The translations under genes and the position numbers were made by a program. The notes under the pieces were generated by a model. That model ran no database searches. It worked only from the letters and a program-made list of their open reading frames with translations, and was not told the DNA's origin. A stretch of DNA of 64,000 nt, taken from the NCBI GenBank assembly GCA_964016885.1, contig OZ024755.1:21018001-21082000 (forward strand), written 5' to 3'. This DNA is from Eledone cirrhosa (lineage: Eukaryota). Positions 25,960 to 37,344 of this stretch are shown here, piece after piece. Each line of letters opens with the position of its first letter. Position 1 is the first letter of the stretch.

Positions 25960-27552
25960 GTATTGTGTAGATCCTATCTGCTACACACTTGTAATGTGTG
26001 TGTATTGTGTAGATCCTATCTGCTACACACTTGTAATGTGTATATTGTATAGTTTCTATCTACTACACACTTGAAATGTGTGTATATTGTATAGTTTCTA
26101 TCTACTACACATTTGAAATGTGTATATTGTATAGTGTATATCTACTATACACTTGAAATGTGTATATTGTATAGTTTCTATCTACTACACACTTGAAATG
26201 TGTATATTGTATAGTTTCTATCTACTACACACTTGAAATGTGTATATTGTATAGTTTCTATCTACTACACACTTGAAATGTGTATATTGTATAGTTTCTA
26301 TCTACGACACACTTGAAATGTGTGTACATTGTATAGTTTCTATCTACTACACACTTATAATGTGTATATTGTATAGTTTCTATCTACTACACACTTGAAA
26401 TGTGTGTATATTGTATAGTTTCTATCTACTACACATTTGAAATGTGTATATTGTATAGTGTATATCTACTATACACTTGAAATGTGTATATTGTATAGTT
26501 TCTATCTACTACACACTTGAAATGTGTATATTGTATAGTTTCTATCTACTACACACTTGAAATGTGTATATTGTATAGTTTCTATCTACTACACACTTGA
26601 AATGTGTATATTGTATAGTTTCTATCTACTACACATTTGAAATGTGTGTATATTGTATAGTTTCTATCTACTACACACTTGAAATGTGTATATTGTATAG
26701 TTTCTATCTACGACACACTTGAAATGTGTATATTGTATAGTTTCTATCTACGACACACTTGAAATGTGTGTACATTGTATAGTTTCTATCTACTACACAC
26801 TTATAATGTGTATATTGTATAGTTTCTATCTACTACACATTTGAAATGTGTGTATATTGTATAGTTTCTATCTACTACACACTTGTGATGTGTATATTGT
26901 ATAGTTTCTATCTACTATACACTTGTGATGTGTGTATATTGTATAGTTTCTATCTACTACACACCTGTAATGTGTGTATATTGTATAGTTTCTATCTACT
27001 ACACACTTGAAATGTGTGCATATTGTATAGTTTCTATCTACTACACACCTGTAATGTGTGTATATTGTATAGTTTCTATCTATTACACACTTGTGATGTG
27101 TGTATATTGTATAGTTTCTATCTACTACACACTTGTGATGTGTGTATATTGTATAGTTTCTATCTACTACACATTTGAAATGTGTGTACATTGTATATTT
27201 TCTATCTACTACACACTTGAAATGTGTGCATATTGTATAGTTTCTATCTACTACACACCTGTAATGTGTGTATATTGTATAGTTTCTATCTATTACACAC
27301 TTGTGATGTGTGTATATTGTATAGTTTCTATCTACTACACACTTGTGATGTGTGTATATTGTATACTTTTATCTACTACACATTTGTAATGTGTGTACAT
27401 TGTATAGTTTCTCTCTACTACACACTTGAAATGTGTGTATATTGTATAGTTTCTATCTACTACACACTTGTAATGTGTGTATATTGTATAGTTTCTCTCT
27501 ACTACACACTTATGATGTGTATATTGTATAGATCCTGACTGCTACACACTTG
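25960..27552. repeat. 38-40-bp minisatellite tatattgtatagtttctatctactacacacttgaaatgtg(tg)
   Basis: About 40 tandem units. Confidence 0.97.
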
Positions 27553-28010
27553 TTCTAGTCTCTCTGTGTTTGATAGAATCTCTAGTAAAAATAACTGGAC
27601 TGAGAAATAGCTGAGAAATATTCATTCATGAATATATTTAAAGAGCATCACCACTACCACCACCACCCTTCCCCCTCCCCTCTCTACATACATCATCACT
27701 TTCAAACCACTCATAAAAAGCACTACGGCAGCAGCAGCAACAGCAGCAGTAGTAGCAGAAGCCTGTAGTTCAATTATAGAATATTGATCAGCTCCTGTGA
27801 TTCCAGCTACCTGTACCATCCTCCACCTCAATAAAACCAATCAATAGATCCATTCATAAATTTTCTCATGCTACTGCTTCTATTTGCACAATGAGGGGTG
27901 TGTGTGTGTGCGTGTGGGTGTGTGTGTGTGTGTGTGTGTGTCTGTGTGTCTGTGTCTGTGTCTGTGTGTGTGTCTGTGTGTACTGACAGAAGAATGGACA
28001 TCGAAAGGTG

Positions 28011-28088
<78 letters not shown>

Positions 28089-28634
28089 TGTATGTTTGTG
28101 TTTTACTGTGATGTGTGTGTATGTATGCGTGTGAGTCTATATTCATGTTGTGTACAGGCAGATTTATGAACCTGTTGACTTTCTTGTGAATGCCGAAGTC
28201 TTTAAAAGTGAGAGCAGAAAATAATAATAATAATAATAATAATTGGTTTTACTTTTTGGCACAAGGCCAGCAATCACCCAGTACATTACTGGTACTTTAT
28301 TTTATCGACCCCGTAAGGATGAAAGGGAAAGTTAACCTATAATAATAATAATAATAATAATTGTTTCTACTTTTTTGGCACAAGGCCAGCAATTACTCCA
28401 GTGCATTACTGGTACTTTATAATGGCTTCTTATATCGGCACAAGGCCAGCAATTTTGGGGGAGGGGAAAGTCGATTAAATTGACCTCAGTGCATGTCTGG
28501 TACTTTATGTTATCCACCCCATAAGGATGAAAGACAAAGTTAACCTCGGCAGGATTTGAACCTAGAACTTAAAGGACCATAACTAAACACTGCAAAGCAT
28601 TTTGTCTGACACTCTACCGATTCTGCCAATCCAT

Positions 28635-28975
28635 AACCACAAAGGGTTTACAAAAATAAAAAATGTACATTAAGGACAGCAAAGGACAGTACAATGTGAG
28701 GTTCTGCTTGTAAAAAAAACAAGAAATGATAACAAAAAACTTGAAATTAAAAGAAAAGAAAAGAAATGGGGAGAGCCCATTGAAGGTTATTCGTGGTGAA
28801 AGCCCACAAAAAGCCATTATCACCCTGACTGCTAGGGCAAGCACCCTCTCCCAGTTGTTCTCTTCTAATACTACAGGCACACACTCAGTGCAGTTCCATT
28901 TACATGGGCCATTATCTCCTCTCTCACCCACCTTTCAACAAAGTGGCTGGAAAATAGCACTCCCCTCTCTGTTAC
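28635..28975 (-). mobile_element. LINE 3' end, probably L1/Tx1 (copy 2)
   Basis: Shares gaaagcccacaaaaagccat...ctagggcaagc.ccctc...cctttcaacaaa with 12325-12660. Confidence 0.55.
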
Positions 28976-29431
28976 AATGGTGTGACACACCTATTTGTAT
29001 ATCTGTATGAAACAAGGCTAACACCCAAGGTATTCACCAGGTGTAATTCCGAACTACCAACAAGACTCCATACATACAGTCTACCTGACCGTTCACTTCA
29101 GTTCTTATTTATAAGCTTTTCACCTAGTCCACTTTTAGTTATGCGGGAGTGTTCAAAAGTTTCCACACTGATTTTCCTTTTCAGGTGAAACCTGATTATC
29201 ATTAATGTCGTTATTTTTTTCTTGGATTTTTGTCATTTATCTTATTTATTTTTAGTTTGCTTTTCTTAATTTTTATTTGAAAAACAAAGAAATATTTAAT
29301 TATATTTACTTTTAAATTCCTTTATTTCAGATTATTTGTAGTTAGTTTTCTTTGTAGACTTTCGGGTAAGAAATTGGTTTAGTTTTGTTCATCATAGTTA
29401 TGTTGTTTACTATTTACCTATATTATTAGTA

Positions 29432-29828
29432 GTGAAGGGCGGTGGATTGGCAGTATCGGTAGAGGGTCAGACACCATGCTTTCCAGCATAGTTACATCCC
29501 TTTACAGTCGGAGTTCAAATCCCGCCAAGGTTAACTTTGCCTTTCATCTTTACGAAGTCGATAAAATAAAGTACCAGTAATGTACTGGGTAATTACTGGC
29601 CTCGTGCCAAGAGTAGAAACAATTATTAGTAGTGAAGGGCAGTGGATTGGCAGTATTGGTAGAGCATCAGACACCATGCTTTTCAGCATAGAGTTATGGT
29701 CCTTTACGTTCTGAATTCAAATCCTGCCGAGGTTAACTTTGCTTTTCATCCTTACAGGGTCAATAAAATAAAGTACCAGTAATGCACTGGGGTAATTGCT
29801 GGCTTTGTGCCAAAAGTAGAAACAATTA
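29432..29828 (+). mobile_element. Two full-length SINE A copies in head-to-tail tandem
   Basis: Both start agtagtgaagggc.gtggattggcagtat.ggtagag and end agtagaaacaattatt. A SINE B head follows at ~29835. Confidence 0.88.
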
Positions 29829-30304
29829 TTAGAAGTGGAAGCACGTGGCTTTGTGGTTAGAATATTCAGCTCACAATCATAAGTTAGACAAACACATGCA
29901 TACAAATAATATATGATACAAACCCATGCAAGCGTGGAAGATGGACATTAAACGATGATGATGATGATGATATTCATTATATACCTGTGTATATACAAAA
30001 GTATACACACAAGCACACACACACATACATACATACACTCACATTCACACACATACTCACTCCAAAACACTCACACACACACACACACACATTCACTCAC
30101 ACACATACAAACGCATTCTCACACACTCTCATACACATGCACACACACATTCATTCACACACTCACACATTCACACACTCACACACATACACTCACCCCA
30201 AAACACTGACACACACACACATTCACTCACACATTCATACACTCACATTCATTCACACACTCACACACATATATCAATGGTGTCTCTACGACTCCACCAG
30301 GAGT

Positions 30305-30525
30305 TTAACCCTTTAATGTTCAAACCGGCCAAAACCGGCCAGAATTCTCAACCTTTTTCTATTGAAACTGGCTATAACCGGTCACTCAAACTGATGTTAA
30401 GGTATTGTTCTCAAAATAAATACTTTCAAAATCTCATAGATTCGATATTATGTGAGATATTATGTGAGGTAAAGCCTTTACCATGAAAATATATATATAG
30501 AGTATTGTGAATGCTAAAGAGTTAA
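30305..30525 (+). mobile_element. piggyBac-like MITE P1
   Basis: TTAA-cccttta ... taaagag-TTAA, same body as 5476. Confidence 0.8.
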
Positions 30526-31055
30526 GGACAATGTATGGCACAGATTTGACCTATTGCCGGTATGTATTAGTAATATTATCCAGGTTTCTTTTCAATAAAT
30601 GCCTGCTTGGTATAATATGTTTACCTGAGATAAAAACACAAAGGAGGAATAATACTAGAAGAAATTAACCATAAATATTCCTGAAAGTAAATTCCTGCTA
30701 ATAAAAGACAGGGAAATATTTCTGTTTTATAAGAATTATTTCATCTTGTTGACCTATAAAGAACTTCCAACGCAGTCACTTGTATATAGTATCAGATGCT
30801 AACATTTCCACACACTATACACTATTATGTGTGAATATATCATGAGAATAATTATGCACATATATTTCTATTTCTACGGCTGGATGCCCTTCCTATCACT
30901 AATCACTTTACAGCGTATTCTAGATGCGTTTGTCGTGAAGATCACGAAGCACTAGGGAGGCTGTCAAACTTTGGCGCAACTGGAGGCTCCTCTCAATCCT
31001 TTGTTTGACAGGCCCTCCGTTGCTGGATGCCCTTCCCTCTGAGTTGAACCCCCTG

Positions 31056-31099
<44 letters not shown>

Positions 31100-31366
31100 C
31101 ATGATGTCTTCCCCCTCGTTATTGAGTGTGGCCATTGCACGATATACCATTATTAATGATTATCAATTAATGCTATCGTGCAATGCCTGTGCATGAACAT
31201 TTTTTTAAAGTGAGGAAAGACTGTGCACTGAGCCAATCCCACTCTCTCAGCAACAGTAGCTATAACCCCAAAAGAAGAAAAGATCAACATCATCGGTAAC
31301 TACTGATGTTGGAGTTATCCCAGTTTCCTGAGTTGCCTTCTCCTAGAAGAATACCCTGACATACAT

Positions 31367-31397
<31 letters not shown>

Positions 31398-31632
31398 TGT
31401 TCTGCACCTGCCCAATGAACGACACTCGAAAACAGTGATGAACTGGACTCCACCTGGTGGCAAACGGAAGCAGGGTTGCCCCAGGAGCACCTGGCAACAA
31501 ATGTTTCAAAAAGACCTAATGGCAGCCAACATCACTTGGCATGGATTCGAAAAAGCCGCCGCTGATTGTGACCATTGGTGACTACTTACTGCTCGATGCA
31601 CCGAAAGGAACGGAAGAACTTAAGACTAAGAA
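31398..31632 (+). mobile_element. Second RTE-family LINE 3' end
   Basis: Encodes ...VMNWTPPGGKRKQGCPRSTWQQMFQKDL..., the G.R..GRP..TW motif. Confidence 0.75.
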
Positions 31633-31645
31633 GACGTATATATAT

Positions 31646-32300
31646 CATCATCATCATCATCATCATCATTTTACGTCCGCTTTTCCCTGCTTGCAAGGGT
31701 GGGACGGGTCTTATTCAGCACAGGATCTCTCCACTCGTCACGGTCCCTCGTCATCTCCACCGTGAGCTTCAATGATCTGAGGTCTGTTCTCACCACCTCC
31801 GCCCATGTTTTTCGTGGTCTACCTCTACCACGTCTTCCTTCAACTGGCATTTCCTGGCACTTCTTCACCCATCGGTCATCCTCCATGCGCATCACATGTC
31901 CATACCACCTCAGTCTCCTCTCCCGTACACTACATTCTATCCCTCTCAGACACAGTTTCTCTCTCAACACATTTATGCTGGGTCGTTCACGCACATTTAC
32001 ACTGCACATCCAACGGAGCATGCTTGCCTCATTTCTCTCCAGCCGTCGCATATCTTCTGCGGTAGCTGCCCATGTCTCACTACCATGCAGCATCGCGCTC
32101 CTCACACAGGCATCATACAACCGGCCTTTCGTACGCAGGGAGAAACCCTTCTTCGTCAACAGAGGAAGCAGCTCCCTAAACTTCTTCCAACCCGTCCTTA
32201 TTCTAGATACTATGGCCTCGGAACACCCTCCTCCCATGCTAATCTGATCTCCTAGGTACCGGAAGCTATCCACCACTTCTATAGCGCCCTCTCGCATTTG
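31646..32300 (-). mobile_element. Young 5'-truncated RTE-clade LINE with open ORF C-terminus
   Basis: ORF IEVVDSFRYLG...AMLHGSETW...RLRWYGHVMRM...GRRGRGRPRKTW is uninterrupted. (GAT)n tail, inserted in (TA)n. Confidence 0.93.
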
Positions 32301-33462
32301 AAAAATGTGTCTATCATATATATATAATGTGTCTATCATATATATATATATATATATATTGGTAAACGGAATAGAAAATGCTGACAAATTGTTCACAGTT
32401 GAAAAATGGTTTAATTAGGAATAAAAGAGTATTAGTGATTGTATGGGTTAGTATTCAGTTGTGGTTTTAAGTTTTTAAGTTTTTACCGGTTGCGCATTTC
32501 TAAATGCTTTTCAAAAATAATTTTGAGATAGAGTGTCCGTGCTGTTTGCTCTGATCTGATTAGTTTTGGGAATTCTACCTGTTTTTATGTTAAAAAAGTG
32601 GCTCCAGCGTTACTTTGGTGTTGCAAAATTTCTTGTGGTCAAAACAATTTTGATTGGTCGGTAGAGGTCATGTGAGTGTAAAAAATTGATTTTGCGCCAA
32701 GTCTTTTTATGTTAAAAATATATATATATATATATATATATACAAATTTTAGTACAGCATTAACGAAGCTTTTGGCTGCGGCTAAGCTAATGAATGCAGA
32801 TTCGAAATGCAGCTTAGCACTCAATGGAGAATAATGCCCCAGAGTTATAACAATACATTTAGACAGCTTTGCAAATCAAATATAGCGACCGACAGTCCAG
32901 CCGCTTTGCCATAGCAACGAAAAAAACTGAACTCAGGAAAAGATTTTGACTGACCTGGACCATCACGTGGACATAGAATGCAACACATAACGCATAACAT
33001 ATAGCATACAATATACATCACATATAACATACAACATCCACGCTAGGTTTCTGTAAATCCGACTAATTCCGCTTACGGGGGTCTGCAAGTTAATGGCCTT
33101 TGACGACAGAACAAAGGATTTACTTCGTCAACAAGTCTTGCGTTCTATAGCCTCGACGGGTGTGTTTTCTAGCATTAATTTTCGCTATAGACACATGGTT
33201 TTCCCAAAGGGAGCTAACCCCCGTTTTAGCGGTCAATTCGAAATTTGGGACAAAGGAATGAAATTCCCTTTGACAAACCGAATTATACGTCTTCTTAGTC
33301 TTAAGTTCTTCTACCTCATCCCCTGATGGCTTATATATTCATCTACTACTACCAACTTAAGGATCTATACTGCTCTTCCCTATTCTTAGTATTGGTCAAC
33401 CTCAACCTGGTTATACAACATTACTTATTCATATGTATGTTTTTTTGTATTCTTCAATAAAC

Positions 33463-33611
33463 AAAACTCATTATTTCTGAAGATGGTGGGTAGTGAAGAC
33501 ATATGTATTTTTTCTTACTATGATAATTTGTAATATATTTTACATAGATCAATAATTGAATGGGCATTCGGAGAGCTACCCCTCAGAAACGATCGTAAAA
33601 TAATGAGTTTT
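33463..33611 (+). ncRNA. Long-stem-II type I hammerhead (family B variant)
   Basis: aaaactcattattt CTGAAGA tggtgggtag...ctacccctca GAA ACGATCGT-A aaataatgagtttt. Perfect 14-bp stem I, palindromic stem III, GUA cleavage after 33597. Confidence 0.85.
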
Positions 33612-33652
33612 ACTATGAATTAACCGTTTTTTGTTTAATTTCATTGTTTTAA

Positions 33653-33691
<39 letters not shown>

Positions 33692-33693
<2 letters not shown>

Positions 33694-33830
33694 CTTCAAC
33701 AGGACTAGAATTGTTTCATTCAAATGAAACAATTCTAGTCCTGTAGAAGTTATTGCTATACTCTACCAATATATTGAGTACCTTTCTCAACTGTGGTTAC
33801 CTGCCAACACAACTCGGGAATCTATACATT
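33692..33830 (+). mobile_element. Family A variant: short fold-back (33692-33751) plus 3' tail
   Basis: acaggactagaattgtttcatt|ca|aatgaaacaattctagtcctgt, then attgagtacc...tgtggttacc. CTGATGA is absent. Confidence 0.75.
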
Positions 33831-33982
33831 AATATATATATATATATATATATATAATGTAGGAGGTGAGTTTTATTGTAGTACAATAAAGCAATGCAGA
33901 TATCGGATAAGAAGCACTCTACAGTTTGTGGGACTGGAGTATGCATAATATAAGATCAAAAGATGGTTAAAGGAGTTCCATA

Positions 33983-34053
33983 TATTTTATTATGCGCATT
34001 TCAAAAACAAACATCATCAAGCAATAATATTTGTGTTTTCATCAGATAAAACA
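33983..34053 (-). ncRNA. Type I hammerhead (family D), minus-strand copy
   Basis: Reverse complement of 34175-34245. Confidence 0.8.
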
Positions 34054-34174
34054 GGAGAACATGATATGAAGGCTAAAAAAACACTTGTTGATCGTGCAGT
34101 TTTAAATCAACATATGTTGATTTAAAACTGCACTATCAACAAGTGTTTTTTTTAGCCTTCATATCATGTTCTCC

Positions 34175-34245
34175 TGTTTTATCTGATGAAAACACAAATA
34201 TTATTGCTTGATGATGTTTGTTTTTGAAATGCGCATAATAAAATA
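34175..34245 (+). ncRNA. Type I hammerhead (family D)
   Basis: tgttttat CTGATGA aaacacaaatattatt..gatgatgtttgttttt GAA ATGCGCAT-A ataaaata. Stem I 8 bp, AU/GU-rich stem II, palindromic stem III, AUA triplet. Confidence 0.8.
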
Positions 34246-34275
34246 TATGGAACTTCTTTAACCATCTTTTGATCT

Positions 34276-34331
<56 letters not shown>

Positions 34332-34383
34332 TAATAAAAACAATGAAATAGACACAAAGAACAAGTTCCTTATATTAAAAAAT

Positions 34384-34511
34384 TCATCATTTTACGATCG
34401 TTTCAGGGATGTATATGTGGGTTGGTATGTATATCATATGTAAAAATATTACAAATTATCAGAGGAAATATGCATACCTTCACATAAACATGCCGTCCTC
34501 AGAAATGATGA
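34384..34511 (-). ncRNA. Long-stem-II hammerhead (family B)
   Basis: Minus strand: tcatcattt CTGAGGA cggcatg...catccct GAA ACGATCGT-A aaatgatga. Stem I is 9 bp. Confidence 0.8.
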
Positions 34512-34585
34512 GATGTGTTTATTGAAAAAAACAAAGAATTAATATAAAGGGTCTGTTTGGGAACAGGTTTTGAATTGACCATATC

Positions 34586-34642
<57 letters not shown>

Positions 34643-34643
34643 C

Positions 34644-34684
<41 letters not shown>

Positions 34685-35423
34685 CTACATATATATATAT
34701 ATATTTATATATATATATATATATATATATAACTCACTGTAAATGAGGTTGGTGTTAGGAGGGGCATCCAGCTGTAGAAAACAAGCCAAAATCAGTTCTG
34801 TATGTGCAAGACATGGTCACCTGACCTAGCATTGCCCACAACAGGACAACTCGTCTAACCCATGTTAGCATGGAAAAATGGACATAACACAGTGATGATG
34901 ATAATGATATATGTGTGCGCATATATACAATACAGATACATATGTACGCACACACACATATATATATATCCTTTAGCATTTATCAATAGCGTACACACTC
35001 ATATCACTTAGTCACATTTCACTTGACTAAACACAACAAAATAAAAGATATGATAGGCCATATCCAAATGATAGATTTTCTATGAAAGTGTTGGTGTTCA
35101 ATGGCAAAATATCTATTGAACAGACTGCTGCAGTGATAGCATGGCACCAAGTATCTTTATAAGAGTGTGTAGTGTGTATACTTAACAAACAGTTCATCAC
35201 CTGCTAGATAATTAATCAAGTTATTTAGGTAATGAGTTATTGACCTGCTGGATCACAACCAGAGATCTATGAAACTGTCATTTGAAATTCTTACCCTACT
35301 CTCTTTTCTCTCATCTTTGGTGCTACTCACTATAAACTTAGTTTATTATGCTATATATAGCTGTATATATCATCATCATCATCATCATCATCATCGTTTA
35401 ACGTCCATATTCCACGCTTGGAT

Positions 35424-35465
<42 letters not shown>

Positions 35466-35468
<3 letters not shown>

Positions 35469-35658
35469 TTTTAATATAGATGAGATTCTACAGGACTAGA
35501 ACTGTTTCATTCTTTAGAAATCATCAGATTCCTGATGATTTCTAAAGAATGAAACAGTTCTAGTCCTGTAGAATCTCATCTATATTAAAACTTTTATACT
35601 CTGCTATGTATTGAGTACCTTACTTACTGTGGTTACCTCCGATTCAACCCGGAATAAC

Positions 35659-35660
<2 letters not shown>
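35466..35660 (+). mobile_element. Family A element with 62-bp-arm fold-back (35466-35593) plus tail
   Basis: Arms separated by attc (35528-35531). Tail attgagtacc...ccggaataacgt-(AT)n. Confidence 0.85.
35526..35576 (+). ncRNA. Type I hammerhead (family A)
   Basis: agattc CTGATGA tttctaaagaat GAA ACAG ttctagtc CTGT-A gaatct. Confidence 0.85.
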
Positions 35661-35692
<32 letters not shown>

Positions 35693-35730
35693 TTACTGTT
35701 TAATGTCTATGCTAGTATAGGTTGCGTGTT

Positions 35731-35774
<44 letters not shown>

Positions 35775-35880
35775 AAAAAGTATGACCCCGACGGCAGAGC
35801 TCAAGCCGTTTCGACGGCTATTTCTGGACTAATAAAAACAATGAAATAAACACAAAGAACAAGTTCCTTATATTAAAAAA

Positions 35881-36012
35881 ATCATTTTACGATCGTTTCT
35901 GGGATGTATATGTGTGTTGGTATGTATATCATATAGATCTATGTAAAAATATTACAAATTATCAGAGGAAATATACATACCTTCACATATACATGCCATC
36001 CTCAGAAATGAT
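35881..36012 (-). ncRNA. Long-stem-II hammerhead (family B)
   Basis: Minus strand: atcattt CTGAGGA tgg-c-atgtatatgtg..ggtatgtatat ... atatacatacc..cacatatacat-c-cca GAA ACGATCGT-A aaatgat. Confidence 0.85.
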
Positions 36013-36197
36013 GAGATGTGTTTATTGAAACAAAACAAAGAATTAATATTATACACACATATATATATATACAGAGAGCGAGGGAGAGAGAAATAATTGT
36101 TTCTACTTTTGGAACAAGGCCAGCAATTACCCAGTACATTACTGGTACTTTATTTTATCGACCCTGTAAGGATGAAAGGCAAAGTTAACCTCGGCGG

Positions 36198-36252
<55 letters not shown>

Positions 36253-36359
36253 CAGGACCCCAATGGCTGAGCTCCTGCCATTTCAACAGCTCGATCCAAA
36301 TTTTTCATGTTACTCTCTCTACTGCCCCAAGTATTGGTATTTACCACTTCCATTCTGAT

Positions 36360-36538
36360 ATGTATATATATACATATATGTATGTATATACACACACATA
36401 CATATATATATATGTATGTATATATATACACACATATGTATGTATATATACACACACACATGCATATATATGTATGTATGTATATACACACACATACACA
36501 TATAAATATATATGTATATATATACACACACACATGCA

Positions 36539-36576
<38 letters not shown>

Positions 36577-36604
36577 CACGCACACATACACATATGTATG
36601 TATG

Positions 36605-36642
<38 letters not shown>

Positions 36643-36795
36643 ACACAAACACACACACAAACACGCAAACACACATATATGTATTCACACACACACAGAC
36701 ATATATGTATGTATATATATATATATATACACACACATACATATATACATGCATATATATATATATATATGCACATACATATACATATAAATATA

Positions 36796-36826
<31 letters not shown>

Positions 36827-37171
36827 ATATATATATATTTATTTATATATATATGTGTATATATACATACATATACATATAAATATATGTGTGTGTGTGT
36901 GTGTATATGTATATATATATATTTATTTATATATATATGTGTATATATACACATACATATACATATAAATATATGTATATATGTATATGTGTGTGCGTAT
37001 ATGTATATATATATATTTATTTATATATATATGTGTATATATATATACACATACATATACATATAAATATATGTATGTGTGTATATGTGTATATGTATAT
37101 ATATATATTTATTTATATATATATGTGTATATATATATACACATACATATACATATAAATATATGTATGTG

Positions 37172-37202
<31 letters not shown>

Positions 37203-37222
37203 TTATTTATATATGTATGTAT
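36360..37222. repeat. TA/CA/TG microsatellite with ~90-bp higher-order units
   Basis: Directly visible. Confidence 0.9.
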
Positions 37223-37344
37223 ATTTGTCTCCTCTACTTGACAGATTCGTGCTGACGTGATATTGTTGATGCTACAGTTGTGTACAAGAGTGCAAACAGC
37301 TTTCTGTATTGTCCTAGTAAACACACTTCACTTCCTTCCTTTGT

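Larger units (their letters stand above)
33857..34283 (-). mobile_element. Family D element: ~169-bp-arm spacerless palindrome (33945-34283) plus tail
   Basis: Centre ...aatcaacat|atgttgatt... (34113/34114). About 3 differences between arms. (TA)n on both sides. Short remnants at 24293-24326 and 24355-24389. Confidence 0.85.

Noticed and set aside
29437-29530. tRNA gene
   Set aside because: A and B boxes are present, but it is a SINE head with no cloverleaf.
31671-32396. Host protein-coding gene (241 aa)
   Set aside because: It is the C-terminus of a truncated RTE LINE. The N-terminal part of the ORF is flank and microsatellite.
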